A stretch of 64,000 nucleotides of DNA from Clostridia bacterium (GTDB lineage Bacteria > Bacillota > Clostridia > Christensenellales > UBA1242), in the NCBI GenBank assembly GCA_045635805.1, contig JAZTWI010000007.1, positions 2,749-66,748 of the forward strand, written 5' to 3'. Position numbers and translations under genes: made by a program. Numbering within the stretch: position 1 is the first letter of the stretch; every line of letters starts with the position of its first letter. The notes below the pieces were generated by a model. That model searched no databases. It saw only the letters and a program-made list of their open reading frames with translations, and had not been told where the DNA came from. This document shows, piece after piece, positions 45,801 to 54,808 of the stretch.

Positions 45801-47141
45801 TTAGATTTTAGAAATATTTTCTTTGTGTTTTGAGAAAATTAAACACGCCCAAATAAGAGTAAACTCTATTCCAACAAAAATCATTATAGCAAGACCTGAC
45901 TGCACAAAGAGACTCTGCACACTTTTACCACCATCAAAGCCAATTAAATCAAGTAGTACACCGATAATTAGTTGTGCTATAGAACTCGCCATATTCCCAG
46001 CAAAAGTAAGTGTAGATGAATAGGTAGCATTGAGAGAGCCAGACCTATCTATCTTCATAACAGCGTCACCATACATCGCTGTTGGCAATGTATATAATGC
46101 ACCACTGCCAACTCCACAAAAAAGTATAGCAACCATCATTAAATAAAAACTAATGTCAACTAGTTCGATTCTAAATAAAAATATAAATATAACAGCGAAA
46201 ACGGCTAGTATTGTTACAATAATACCAGATAAAAGTGCTGGTTTTTTACTACTTTTTTTAGAAAGCGACACCCATAGTGGCTGACTGATTATTGTGCCTA
46301 AAAGTAGTGTCAAAAGTAGTATTGTTATTTGGTCACTTTCATAGAAAAAGGAGTACGTAAAAAAGTGCATACCTACACTACATAGTATTACTGTTGCTAT
46401 AGAAACTAGAACATAGCCCCATATGATTTTTGATACTCTTTTATCCTTAAAAGCAGTTAGAAAATTATTCCATAGCCCACCAATGCTAAGTTTAAATTTA
46501 GAATTATTTATCTTTTCAAATTTATTCTTAGGAATAGTAGTAAGAGATGATATTAGTCCACAAACTAAGCAAATTATACTGCTAACAATAGCAATTTTTA
46601 CATAGCCACTTGGATTAAGTTGCCCTACAGGATATTCAGTTGTGCTAGGCAAGAAAATAAAGAGCAACACACTAGGCACTATCATACCTATTAGATAAAA
46701 AACAGTATTAATGGCACCAATGGTAGTCCTTTCGCTATCGTTTCTAGAGAGCTCGTTACCGAGTGCCATATATGGAGTTGAAAACATTGTATTAAATGTC
46801 TCTAAAATCAATAACGACAATAAAATCCACACAAACTTAAATCCTACACCTATACCATTAGGTACACACCATAGAAAAATATTAGCAATAGACATACCTA
46901 TTGTTGCTATCAACATATAACCATTTCGTTTACCTAAAAATCCAAGCTTATAATTATCACTGATATAGCCTACAATAGTATCACTAATCCCGTCCCATAT
47001 AGTACTAATAGCAATCGCAATACCAACTATAGTTCCTTTAATACCTAGAACAGACGTTGAGAAGAACATAAAAAAATTAGCAACCGTTTGACTAATAACA
47101 CTATACGAAAGCCCACCTAAGCCATAGAAATATTTTCTCAT
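45801..47141 (-). CDS. MFS/GPH-family (glycoside-pentoside-hexuronide-like) transporter
   Basis: 12 hydrophobic segments and the GPH-like loop WDGISDTIVGYISDN..GKRNGYM. Confidence 0.7.
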   Translation of the reverse strand: MRKYFYGLGGLSYSVISQTVANFFMFFSTSVLGIKGTIVGIAIAISTIWDGISDTIVGYISDNYKLGFLGKRNGYMLIATIGMSIANIFLWCVPNGIGVGFKFVWILLSLLILETFNTMFSTPYMALGNELSRNDSERTTIGAINTVFYLIGMIVPSVLLFIFLPSTTEYPVGQLNPSGYVKIAIVSSIICLVCGLISSLTTIPKNKFEKINNSKFKLSIGGLWNNFLTAFKDKRVSKIIWGYVLVSIATVILCSVGMHFFTYSFFYESDQITILLLTLLLGTIISQPLWVSLSKKSSKKPALLSGIIVTILAVFAVIFIFLFRIELVDISFYLMMVAILFCGVGSGALYTLPTAMYGDAVMKIDRSGSLNATYSSTLTFAGNMASSIAQLIIGVLLDLIGFDGGKSVQSLFVQSGLAIMIFVGIEFTLIWACLIFSKHKENISKI

Positions 47142-47243
47142 TAATATTTATTTTACCCTTTATATATAATAAATAATATTGACTAAAATATCGCTATATA
47201 TTGTGATTTTATTAAATATTGCATAATATTACAAATTCAAACA

Positions 47244-47266
47244 AAAAAGACTGCCTGATAGGCAGC
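47244..47266 (-). terminator. Terminator after the GLUG lipoprotein gene
   Basis: CTGCCT-GAT-AGGCAG hairpin followed on the minus strand by TCTTTTTT. Confidence 0.5.
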
Positions 47267-47276
47267 CTTATTAATT

Positions 47277-48293
47277 TTATACACCACTTAATCTACCGAT
47301 TAATTGATTCTCTATATTCGCACCTGTGCCTGTTCCATTATGAGTAACAGTAACATTAGTAGCAGTATTACCTGCTGCAGCAAAGTTCTCTCTAGTAATA
47401 GATGCACAACCAACTACCTGACCAGCATCTCTACTAGCAGTAACTGTACTATCAGTTGCAGAACAATTAGTCATTGTAGAATTATGGTCAATAGAACCAG
47501 ATACTACACCTGCTTTGTCTCCATTTTCTTGGTCATCATATAAACTACAAGTAATTACAGCATTTTTAACGTGACAATTAGTAATCTCTCCACCAATAGA
47601 ATATCCTACCACAGCACCAACAAAATGATTGCCTGTAACTACTGCATTTTCGATTTTAATGTTTTTAACAACTGCACCGGTATTAATACTACCAAATAAT
47701 CCAACACCTGCACTACCATCAACACCTGTGCTAGGTTCTTCTACACCTGTTTGTGCATTAGGTGTAACTCCACCCTTTGTTCCTACTACATTTAGATTGT
47801 AAATTGTATGATTCTTACCATCAAATGTACCTTTGAAATATCTTTCAAATTGTGGAGTTCCATAACCAATAGTATCCCATGCGAGATTTTGTAAATCTAG
47901 GTCACACTCTAGGTTAATTGTATATCCTGCATATGAATTACCTTCATTTACATCATATGCTAATTTTGCTAGTTCTTCTGCAGTATTGATAGTAATTGTA
48001 TTTTCTACTACATTTAGAGCACTAGCCTTTGAACCGTCCCATAGATTATAAGTTGCTGTCTCTCTAACGTAACTACAAGTATTACAAGTAATATCTGCTG
48101 CATCGGTATAATCATGTTGAGAATATGCGCCTTTCTCTGATGTGTGTTCACAAGTAGCTTCGTGCCAATGATGTGTCACATCTTTTTTCCACTCTTCAGC
48201 AAATGTATGTTCATGCCCACAACCAACTAGCATACCTGCACCAGCCAATCCCATACAAGCAGCTAGTGCCATAGTTAAAATTTTCTTTTTCAT
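47277..48293 (-). CDS. Lipoprotein with His/Cys-rich N-terminal segment and GLUG-motif repeats
   Basis: Start MKKKIL at 48293 behind GGGGG, with lipobox LVGC. GLUG-like repeats (GVGLFGSINTGAVVKNIKIENAVVTGNHFVGAVVGYS..). The N-terminal HEHTF..THHWHEATCEH..CNTC segment is a possible metal site. Confidence 0.6.
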   Translation of the reverse strand: MKKKILTMALAACMGLAGAGMLVGCGHEHTFAEEWKKDVTHHWHEATCEHTSEKGAYSQHDYTDAADITCNTCSYVRETATYNLWDGSKASALNVVENTITINTAEELAKLAYDVNEGNSYAGYTINLECDLDLQNLAWDTIGYGTPQFERYFKGTFDGKNHTIYNLNVVGTKGGVTPNAQTGVEEPSTGVDGSAGVGLFGSINTGAVVKNIKIENAVVTGNHFVGAVVGYSIGGEITNCHVKNAVITCSLYDDQENGDKAGVVSGSIDHNSTMTNCSATDSTVTASRDAGQVVGCASITRENFAAAGNTATNVTVTHNGTGTGANIENQLIGRLSGV

Positions 48294-48376
48294 AATATAA
48301 CCCCCATTAGTAATATTGCTTTTAGTGTATATCAATATTTAATAATTGACAAACAAATGATAGCAATAAAAATAAA

Positions 48377-49009
48377 TTACCCTTTTATTAATATATCAAG
48401 TATCTCTTTTTCGGTAGCCTTAGTAATTTTATCAAAGTAATGCTCTACTTTGTAAGGATTATCAATAATGCCAATATTATCTGCCATATACATCGCTTCT
48501 TTAATATCATGCGTCACCATAATAATTGATTTAAATTTATCCTTGTACTTTTCTTTAATTAAGTCCATCATCTTATACTTATTAGGATAATCAAGATTTA
48601 CAAAAGGCTCATCCATTATAAGAATATCTGCATCAAATATTAATGCTCTAAGTATAGCAATCCTTCTAGACATACCTGCACTCAAGTTAATAGGATATAA
48701 GTCTTTTGCATCAATCAATCCAACACTTGATAGAATTTCATCAATATCTACATTACCATTGATTAGTAATAAATTCTCAGCAACAGTCAGATTAGGAATC
48801 AATCTATCATTATCATATACCATAGAAATAGACCTTATCTCTACTTCACCTGTGTATTCGATATTACCCTGAAGAATATTGAAGAGAGTTGTCTTACCAC
48901 ATCCACTCTCACCCATAATAACGTTGATTTTATTATCTTTAAAGTGATATGCAAAATTTTCAAAAATTACTTTATCTCCATATTTTTTCGTAATATTATT
49001 TACTCTCAT
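48377..49009 (-). CDS. ABC transporter ATP-binding protein (NitT/TauT-type importer)
   Basis: GESGCGKTT Walker A, LSAGMSRR signature, ILIMDEP Walker B, VTHD. Start ATG 49009 behind GGGAGG. Confidence 0.85.
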   Translation of the reverse strand: MRVNNITKKYGDKVIFENFAYHFKDNKINVIMGESGCGKTTLFNILQGNIEYTGEVEIRSISMVYDNDRLIPNLTVAENLLLINGNVDIDEILSSVGLIDAKDLYPINLSAGMSRRIAILRALIFDADILIMDEPFVNLDYPNKYKMMDLIKEKYKDKFKSIIMVTHDIKEAMYMADNIGIIDNPYKVEHYFDKITKATEKEILDILIKG

Positions 49010-49766
49010 ACTTACCTCCCACTCTATGCGCAATTTTATGGAAAATAAGTTCAATAGACACAGCAATTATAACCATTATAAGTACTATTGCAAAGAGTTC
49101 AGCTGTCTCAAAGTACACCTTTGCCTCTGTCATCATATTTCCTATAGACCTAGCAGTTCCTGCAATCACTTCTGCAGCTACAATTAATTTAATATTTAGA
49201 GACAATCCACTACCTATTGTTTGAATTGTACTAGGTAGAGTTATAGGTAAGATATATCTAGCATATTGAGTCTTTTTAGGAATATTAAAAGACTTCATCA
49301 TTGTTATAATCTCACTGTCGACTTTTCCAAGAGCTACCTGCATAGAAGTATACATTGTAGGCAAAACCACCAGCATTGTAACAACGACAGACGCCACTCT
49401 AGAATTGGTCCATAGCAATAATAGTAGTATGACAGCAATAGTTGGCATCGCTCTAATAATAGAGACAAGCACATTAATCACTGATTGACTCATTTTTGAA
49501 TAGCTCACAAGCACTGCAAGTGCTGTTCCTAGCAAAAATGAAATAATAAATGCTACAACACCCCTACCCATCGTGCATAAAAAATTAATCCAAAACTTAC
49601 CCTTAGTCAGAGTTTCAAAAGTCTTAGACAAGACAACAAAAGGCGTAGGTAAAATAATCGCTTCATCTACTATTTTAGACGCAATAAACCATATTAGTAT
49701 GATAACTAATATGGCTATAATAGGTAAACAGATATTAAGGGTTTTATTTATCTTTCTCATTTTCAT
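48996..49766 (-). CDS. ABC transporter permease (NitT/TauT family)
   Basis: 6 TM helices and an EAA-like loop (..EAKVYFETAELFA..). Overlaps both neighbours. Confidence 0.8.
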   Translation of the reverse strand: MKMRKINKTLNICLPIIAILVIILIWFIASKIVDEAIILPTPFVVLSKTFETLTKGKFWINFLCTMGRGVVAFIISFLLGTALAVLVSYSKMSQSVINVLVSIIRAMPTIAVILLLLLWTNSRVASVVVTMLVVLPTMYTSMQVALGKVDSEIITMMKSFNIPKKTQYARYILPITLPSTIQTIGSGLSLNIKLIVAAEVIAGTARSIGNMMTEAKVYFETAELFAIVLIMVIIAVSIELIFHKIAHRVGGKYESK

Positions 49767-50743
49767 AATTCACAAAATATATCATCAGTATAGTTTCCTA
49801 TAGCAGCAGGTGCTATAGTTCTAATTTTTTCTAAGTATGATTTCATTCTAGCAATCTCAGAAGACGAACTTGTATCATAGATTTTAATGTTGCTATTAGC
49901 AATTGCTGTTTGGGAAAGTGTAGTCTGCAATGATGCTGTTACCCCTTCTACTAGATGACTATTAACAGCATTAACTGCCTGACTAACATTATTTATAACC
50001 CATGTTTCTACTTTTCTCATCTCATCAATAATATTTCTTACAAATTCTTTGTCTATAGCAAGTTCTGTTTTTACAACCATCACAGCCTGTGGATAACTAC
50101 CACCTTCCCATAGTGCTTGTATATCTAATTCAATACTAAAATTAGGTGCCATAGTTAATAATTTAGACACAGCAGGTTCTGGAATTAAACCAAACTTTAG
50201 TTTGTTTTGCTTAAGCATTGGGAGTAGAAGACTAGCATCATTAAAATACTGGATAACTACTTTACCATCCTTTGCAGTTTCGCCTTCTTCGTAGTCAATA
50301 CCAGCATTGCTTAGCAAATATCTAAAATTTAGGTCTGGAACATTACTTCTACCTATCACTCCCACAACGGAGCCAACTAGCCCATTTAAATTTGATATAT
50401 CTTCGCTACCAACAATGTATAGATTACCATTAGTAACAGTAGCACATATTTTATAATCTTCGCCATTACCAATAATCTTACTAGCCATATTAATAGGCAT
50501 AATAGCGATGTCTGCTGTTTTATTCAATATAAAATTAGATATATTAGAAGCAGCAACTACATTATACTCAGTATCTTTTCCAAATGACTTATTCTCATAC
50601 ATCATTCTACTCATCGCTAGTGCTGGTGCACCATCTGGCATATATATAGATAATTTATTATCGTCCTTTCCACAAGCCATAATGCTCATACCGCAAAATA
50701 AACATATAATGAGTACAATTACGTATTTAAGAAACTTTTTCAT
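49763..50743 (-). CDS. ABC substrate-binding lipoprotein (NMT1/THI5-SsuA-like)
   Basis: Lipobox IMAC, periplasmic-binding-fold length, first gene of the three-gene transporter operon. Confidence 0.7.
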   Translation of the reverse strand: MKKFLKYVIVLIICLFCGMSIMACGKDDNKLSIYMPDGAPALAMSRMMYENKSFGKDTEYNVVAASNISNFILNKTADIAIMPINMASKIIGNGEDYKICATVTNGNLYIVGSEDISNLNGLVGSVVGVIGRSNVPDLNFRYLLSNAGIDYEEGETAKDGKVVIQYFNDASLLLPMLKQNKLKFGLIPEPAVSKLLTMAPNFSIELDIQALWEGGSYPQAVMVVKTELAIDKEFVRNIIDEMRKVETWVINNVSQAVNAVNSHLVEGVTASLQTTLSQTAIANSNIKIYDTSSSSEIARMKSYLEKIRTIAPAAIGNYTDDIFCEL

Positions 50744-50823
50744 ATTTTCACCTTACTTATGTAATAAGTAAAGTTTACCACCAGGACAGTATTTTAGTCA
50801 AATAATTTAATAATTTAGAGCAA

Positions 50824-50855
50824 AAGAAAAAGGCTAATTTTACATAATTAGCCTT
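50824..50855 (-). terminator. dnaB terminator
   Basis: AAGGCTAATT / AATTAGCCTT 10-bp stem with a 6-nt loop; a T-rich run follows on the minus strand. Confidence 0.65.
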
Positions 50856-50860
50856 ACTTT

Positions 50861-52438
50861 TTATTCAAATATATCTAGTAATTCATCTGCTTCGCTAAGT
50901 GGCATCATTTCCATCTCTGGTGGTGGCTCTGGTAGTGGTTCATCATTTATCGCTGGAGACTCTGGCAGTGGTACTTCTTCTGTCATAGGCTCAGCTGTAG
51001 GTGCAGCACTTTGAGCTTTTTCTTCTGCCTGAGACTTTCTCTCTTCTGGTAGTTGTGGAGCTGTTTCCACTAGGCTCATCTCGTTAGCATCTTTCTCTAG
51101 ATTTAAGAATGAAGTAATACTACCCACCCACTTAGTTTTAATAGTATCACACTTACCTGCTCTGTTTTTTGCAATGATAATTTCAGCAAGGCCTGATAAT
51201 TTCTCTGCTTCTGGAACATCATTATACATATCTGGACGATAAATAAACAATACCATATCTGCGTCTTGCTCAATAGAACCAGACTCCCTTAGGTCACTAA
51301 GAATTGGTCTATGGTCTTTTCTATCTGAACTCGCTCTGTTTAACTGTGAAAGCAAGATAATAGGAACTTCTAATTCTCTAGCCGCCATCTTTAATGTTCT
51401 AGTAATAGTAGAGATTTCTTGTGTTCTATTCTCTATCTTTCCATCTCCCTGCATAAGTTGAAGGTAGTCAATCATTATACAGTCTAGACCCTTTTCTCTC
51501 TTTAATTTTCTACACTTACCTAAGATATCCATAGGACCCTTTGAGAATCCTTCATCGATATATAGGTGTGCTTCACTTAATTTCTTACTAGCTGCAAGGA
51601 TTGATTTCCACTCTTTATCGTTCATCTCACCCTTTAGAGCTTTGGCTGAGTCAACGAACGCTAGACCACATATAGACCTAGATGCAATCTCTTCTTTACT
51701 CATTTCTAGAGAGAATATAGCACATTTCTTACCACACTTAACTGCTGCGTGGTTAATCATATTCATACCCAAACTAGTTTTACCACAACCCGGTCTAGCA
51801 GCAATAAGGATTAACTGACCTTTTTGGAAACCATTAGTGATTTTATCTATTCCATAGATACCACTAGGTATACCCTTTACAGCGCCTTTACTATTTTGTA
51901 ATTCTTCAAAGTTAACAATAGCATTACTTACTGCTTCTTTGATATGAGCAAATCCACCCCTAGAATCTTTTTCGCCAATAGCAAAGATATTCTGCTCAGC
52001 ATAAGATAGTGCGTCTTCCTTCTTGACGTCTTCGTATGCTTTATTAATAATATCTTGTCCTGCAGCGATAAGTTCTCTAAGCACACTATTGTTTTTTACA
52101 ATCTCCATATAGTGAGTATAGTTACTAGCACTAGGAATTATATTAGTTAGAGTTGTTAAATAATCAATACCACCGATACTATCTAGCATATCGTTTTTGT
52201 CTAAGTTCTCTGTTAGAGTTACAAAGTCAATAGGTGCATTATTTAAAAACACCCTGTACATTGCTTCAAATATTATTTTGTGTGGTTGAGAATAAAAGTC
52301 TGACTCCTTTAGAGTAGACATAATATTATAAGCAGCATCCTGGTCAATAAGCGCACAACCTAATACACATTGCTCTGCTTCTATACTATGTGGTAGTATT
52401 CTTGCATCGTTTACTTTCTTTGCGTTAGTACTTTTCAT
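50861..52438 (-). CDS. dnaB: Replicative DNA helicase DnaB with acidic Pro-rich C-terminal tail
   Basis: LPHSIEAEQCVLG N-terminus, Walker A ARPGCGKTS, IMIDYLQLM, and LSQLNR with its arginine finger region. About 80 extra C-terminal residues. Confidence 0.92.
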   Translation of the reverse strand: MKSTNAKKVNDARILPHSIEAEQCVLGCALIDQDAAYNIMSTLKESDFYSQPHKIIFEAMYRVFLNNAPIDFVTLTENLDKNDMLDSIGGIDYLTTLTNIIPSASNYTHYMEIVKNNSVLRELIAAGQDIINKAYEDVKKEDALSYAEQNIFAIGEKDSRGGFAHIKEAVSNAIVNFEELQNSKGAVKGIPSGIYGIDKITNGFQKGQLILIAARPGCGKTSLGMNMINHAAVKCGKKCAIFSLEMSKEEIASRSICGLAFVDSAKALKGEMNDKEWKSILAASKKLSEAHLYIDEGFSKGPMDILGKCRKLKREKGLDCIMIDYLQLMQGDGKIENRTQEISTITRTLKMAARELEVPIILLSQLNRASSDRKDHRPILSDLRESGSIEQDADMVLFIYRPDMYNDVPEAEKLSGLAEIIIAKNRAGKCDTIKTKWVGSITSFLNLEKDANEMSLVETAPQLPEERKSQAEEKAQSAAPTAEPMTEEVPLPESPAINDEPLPEPPPEMEMMPLSEADELLDIFE

Positions 52439-52456
52439 ATACGTATTTACTTATCC

Positions 52457-52945
52457 TTAACTATTTTTCTTTGTTATTTTATTTGCTGTTGTAGCCTGTG
52501 TTGTCTTCTTAGAACTTGTAGCCTTCTTAGTCTCAGTAGGCTTAGATTCTTCCTTTTGAGTATCTTCCTTATCCTTTGTTTCTTCTACTTCGATTACCAC
52601 TTCAGCCTGTTGTTCTTTTGCTTTTTTCTTTTCTTCCCTTATTCTCTTGTAACTATCTTCTAGTATTTGATTTTTTCTCTTTCTCATCTCTTCTCTTGCT
52701 TTCTGTTTAGCAGCGAGTTTAGCGTCTTTCTTTTCAAAGATTTTCTTTGCTATATGATTACCTATAGCCACAAATACAAGTAAGATTATACAGTCTAGTA
52801 GCACAATTAGCCATCTAATATTAATGTAAGTGTATGCAAAGACATTAAAGAGAACCAATGGTATAAATGAAATTAGGAATATAATGCCATATTTAGCAAA
52901 GCCCCTTTTCATATCTCTCTTATCGAAAAAATATCTACTTCTCAT
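52457..52945 (-). CDS. Two-TM membrane protein with Lys/Glu-rich tail
   Basis: 162 aa upstream of and co-oriented with dnaB. No recognisable motif. Confidence 0.45.
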   Translation of the reverse strand: MRSRYFFDKRDMKRGFAKYGIIFLISFIPLVLFNVFAYTYINIRWLIVLLDCIILLVFVAIGNHIAKKIFEKKDAKLAAKQKAREEMRKRKNQILEDSYKRIREEKKKAKEQQAEVVIEVEETKDKEDTQKEESKPTETKKATSSKKTTQATTANKITKKNS

Positions 52946-53867
52946 CTTTTTCCACTTCCTCTTTTGTTATGTGAACAGTTACTTTGTTTTTAGCAGCATT
53001 TGTTGAAAGTTTAACCATAATAAGAACAACTACTACCGCAGAGATAACAAGTGCTAATACATACCAATGCACTGCTTGTGGTCCTAGTTTATATATCTCC
53101 ATCTTAAAAGTGTCGTCTTTATTTGATAAATCCCACATCATCATAGTTAAATCACCAGCATACTCAATTTCATCAGCATTACTGTATAATTTCTCATCAG
53201 GATATGCAAAGATTTGGGAAATATTTAAATCTTCTATATCATAATAGTTATTTGTCATCTTTCTGTATTTCTCATATAAAACAGAGAAATCATTGTCTTC
53301 GCCTTCTGGTAGGGCCTGTAAGTTTTTGATAAAACCAGCGTCTTCTATATGAGAATATTTATATAGGAATAACGCCATATCTGTAGTCTCATACTGCCCT
53401 AGTAATAATTGTGAAAGAAATGGTCCAACATCATTAAGAGCTTTCTCATACTCAACATCTTCTAAATTAACAATACCATAGAAAAGACCGAACATTTGCC
53501 AATTACTAAATTCTATAGCAACAGACAACTGATTGCCTGTCTCTGTGTCATTAATAAGAATACCATTTTCTAGGCTAAGAGCTAGTTCTGGGTACTCCTC
53601 AAGTGTAAACTGAGTCTTCCAGCTCTCAACATACTGTCTAAAGGAAATAATATCATTTTTGATTGCCGATTTTACTTCTGCCACAGTCTTGCCAGACTTA
53701 TTAATCTTTGACTCGTCTAGGTCTATAACTAACCTGTCGATAATTGTACCAGATGAGTCAATGGCTCTAACCATTTGAATACTAGCACAACCCCAAAAAG
53801 AAAAAACAGCAACAAATAGAAGTATTATAGTTGTAAGTATTTTTCTTGCCTTCATATATTTCCTCAT
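52935..53867 (-). CDS. Putative lipoprotein with C-terminal TM anchor, unknown function
   Basis: Signal plus FWGC lipobox-like site and a C-terminal TM (HWYVLALVISAVVVVLIMV). 11-nt overlap with the next gene. Confidence 0.45.
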   Translation of the reverse strand: MRKYMKARKILTTIILLFVAVFSFWGCASIQMVRAIDSSGTIIDRLVIDLDESKINKSGKTVAEVKSAIKNDIISFRQYVESWKTQFTLEEYPELALSLENGILINDTETGNQLSVAIEFSNWQMFGLFYGIVNLEDVEYEKALNDVGPFLSQLLLGQYETTDMALFLYKYSHIEDAGFIKNLQALPEGEDNDFSVLYEKYRKMTNNYYDIEDLNISQIFAYPDEKLYSNADEIEYAGDLTMMMWDLSNKDDTFKMEIYKLGPQAVHWYVLALVISAVVVVLIMVKLSTNAAKNKVTVHITKEEVEKDEK

Positions 53868-54076
53868 TTTTCTCAGTATAATATATATTTTAACAAATTG
53901 AAATGCAATTTACAATAGATTACAGCTCAAATTTAAAAATAAATAATTATATTATTTAAAGTCGTAATATTCGCTAAAAATTCCCATAATGCCGATAAAA
54001 TAATTTGCGTTATTTACAAAACTAATATATAATTACATAAGAAATAAAAATTAAGGACGAATAAAAAGGATTTAAT

Positions 54077-54757
54077 ATGGAACTAATACAAGTAACAAAT
54101 CTAGCAAACGGAAGATATTTAATCGCTAATATGAAAAACGACAAACCGGCAATTATCAGAAGTGAACTACTTAATAGTTTCGCAGTTGGTGCATTAGGTT
54201 CTTCTTATAACGAAAAAATATACTTCGATACACCTGACTTTTTCTTTGCAGAGAAAGGTATCAATATTTATACCGTAACAATCAATGGCTCAGCAAAAGA
54301 ATTGGTTATTAGATACGATAGTGAACAAGTAAAAAGGATTGAGTTCTTAAAGAATATGCCTAATTACTTTAAACTCCCTATCAAAAAAGATGAGACAATG
54401 CATAAATATTACAACGAAATCATTGAAGCTATCTATAGAGTATTCCCTGCTGGTCTAAATGTTAATATCGAAGACTACCTAAGACAATGCTCTCCACAAA
54501 TCAAAGTTATGAAGAAGAGAGAAAGCTTTAGAGTTGTTAATAATACAGGACTTAAGATGGTTATGTCTTTTGATATCTGCGAATATGTAAATGTAGCAAA
54601 AAGGGGTAAATTCTCTCAACCAACACTTGATATTGTTTGTGAGTCTGTTAGAAATCCTGACGACTTTAAAATCTTCTTAAAGACAGTTATCAGAGACTTC
54701 CCACAACTAATCAAAATCGAGAGCAACGAACTCACAGTTGCTAGAAATAACTTATAA
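54077..54757 (+). CDS. Hypothetical protein (possible degenerate CYTH-like fold)
   Basis: 226 aa. KIYFDTPDFFFAEKGINIY recalls the DTYFDTPD..L.....LRIR strand of CYTH domains, but the N-terminal ExExK motif is absent. Confidence 0.35.
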   Translation: MELIQVTNLANGRYLIANMKNDKPAIIRSELLNSFAVGALGSSYNEKIYFDTPDFFFAEKGINIYTVTINGSAKELVIRYDSEQVKRIEFLKNMPNYFKLPIKKDETMHKYYNEIIEAIYRVFPAGLNVNIEDYLRQCSPQIKVMKKRESFRVVNNTGLKMVMSFDICEYVNVAKRGKFSQPTLDIVCESVRNPDDFKIFLKTVIRDFPQLIKIESNELTVARNNL

Positions 54758-54777
54758 TTTTAGTATTATGCAAAACT

Positions 54778-54808
54778 AAAAAAATACCCGTTCTTACGGG
54801 TATTTTTT
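54778..54808. terminator. Bidirectional terminator
   Basis: ATACCCGT-TCTT-ACGGGTAT hairpin (54784-54803) flanked by A and T runs. It overlaps the minus-gene stop. Confidence 0.7.

Noticed and set aside
50744-50860. TPP riboswitch upstream of the NMT1/THI5-like ABC substrate-binding gene
   Set aside because: After the dnaB terminator only about 80 nt remain. No CUGAGA or ACCUGA TPP-box elements are present. A plain TTGACT-18-TAAACT promoter fits better.
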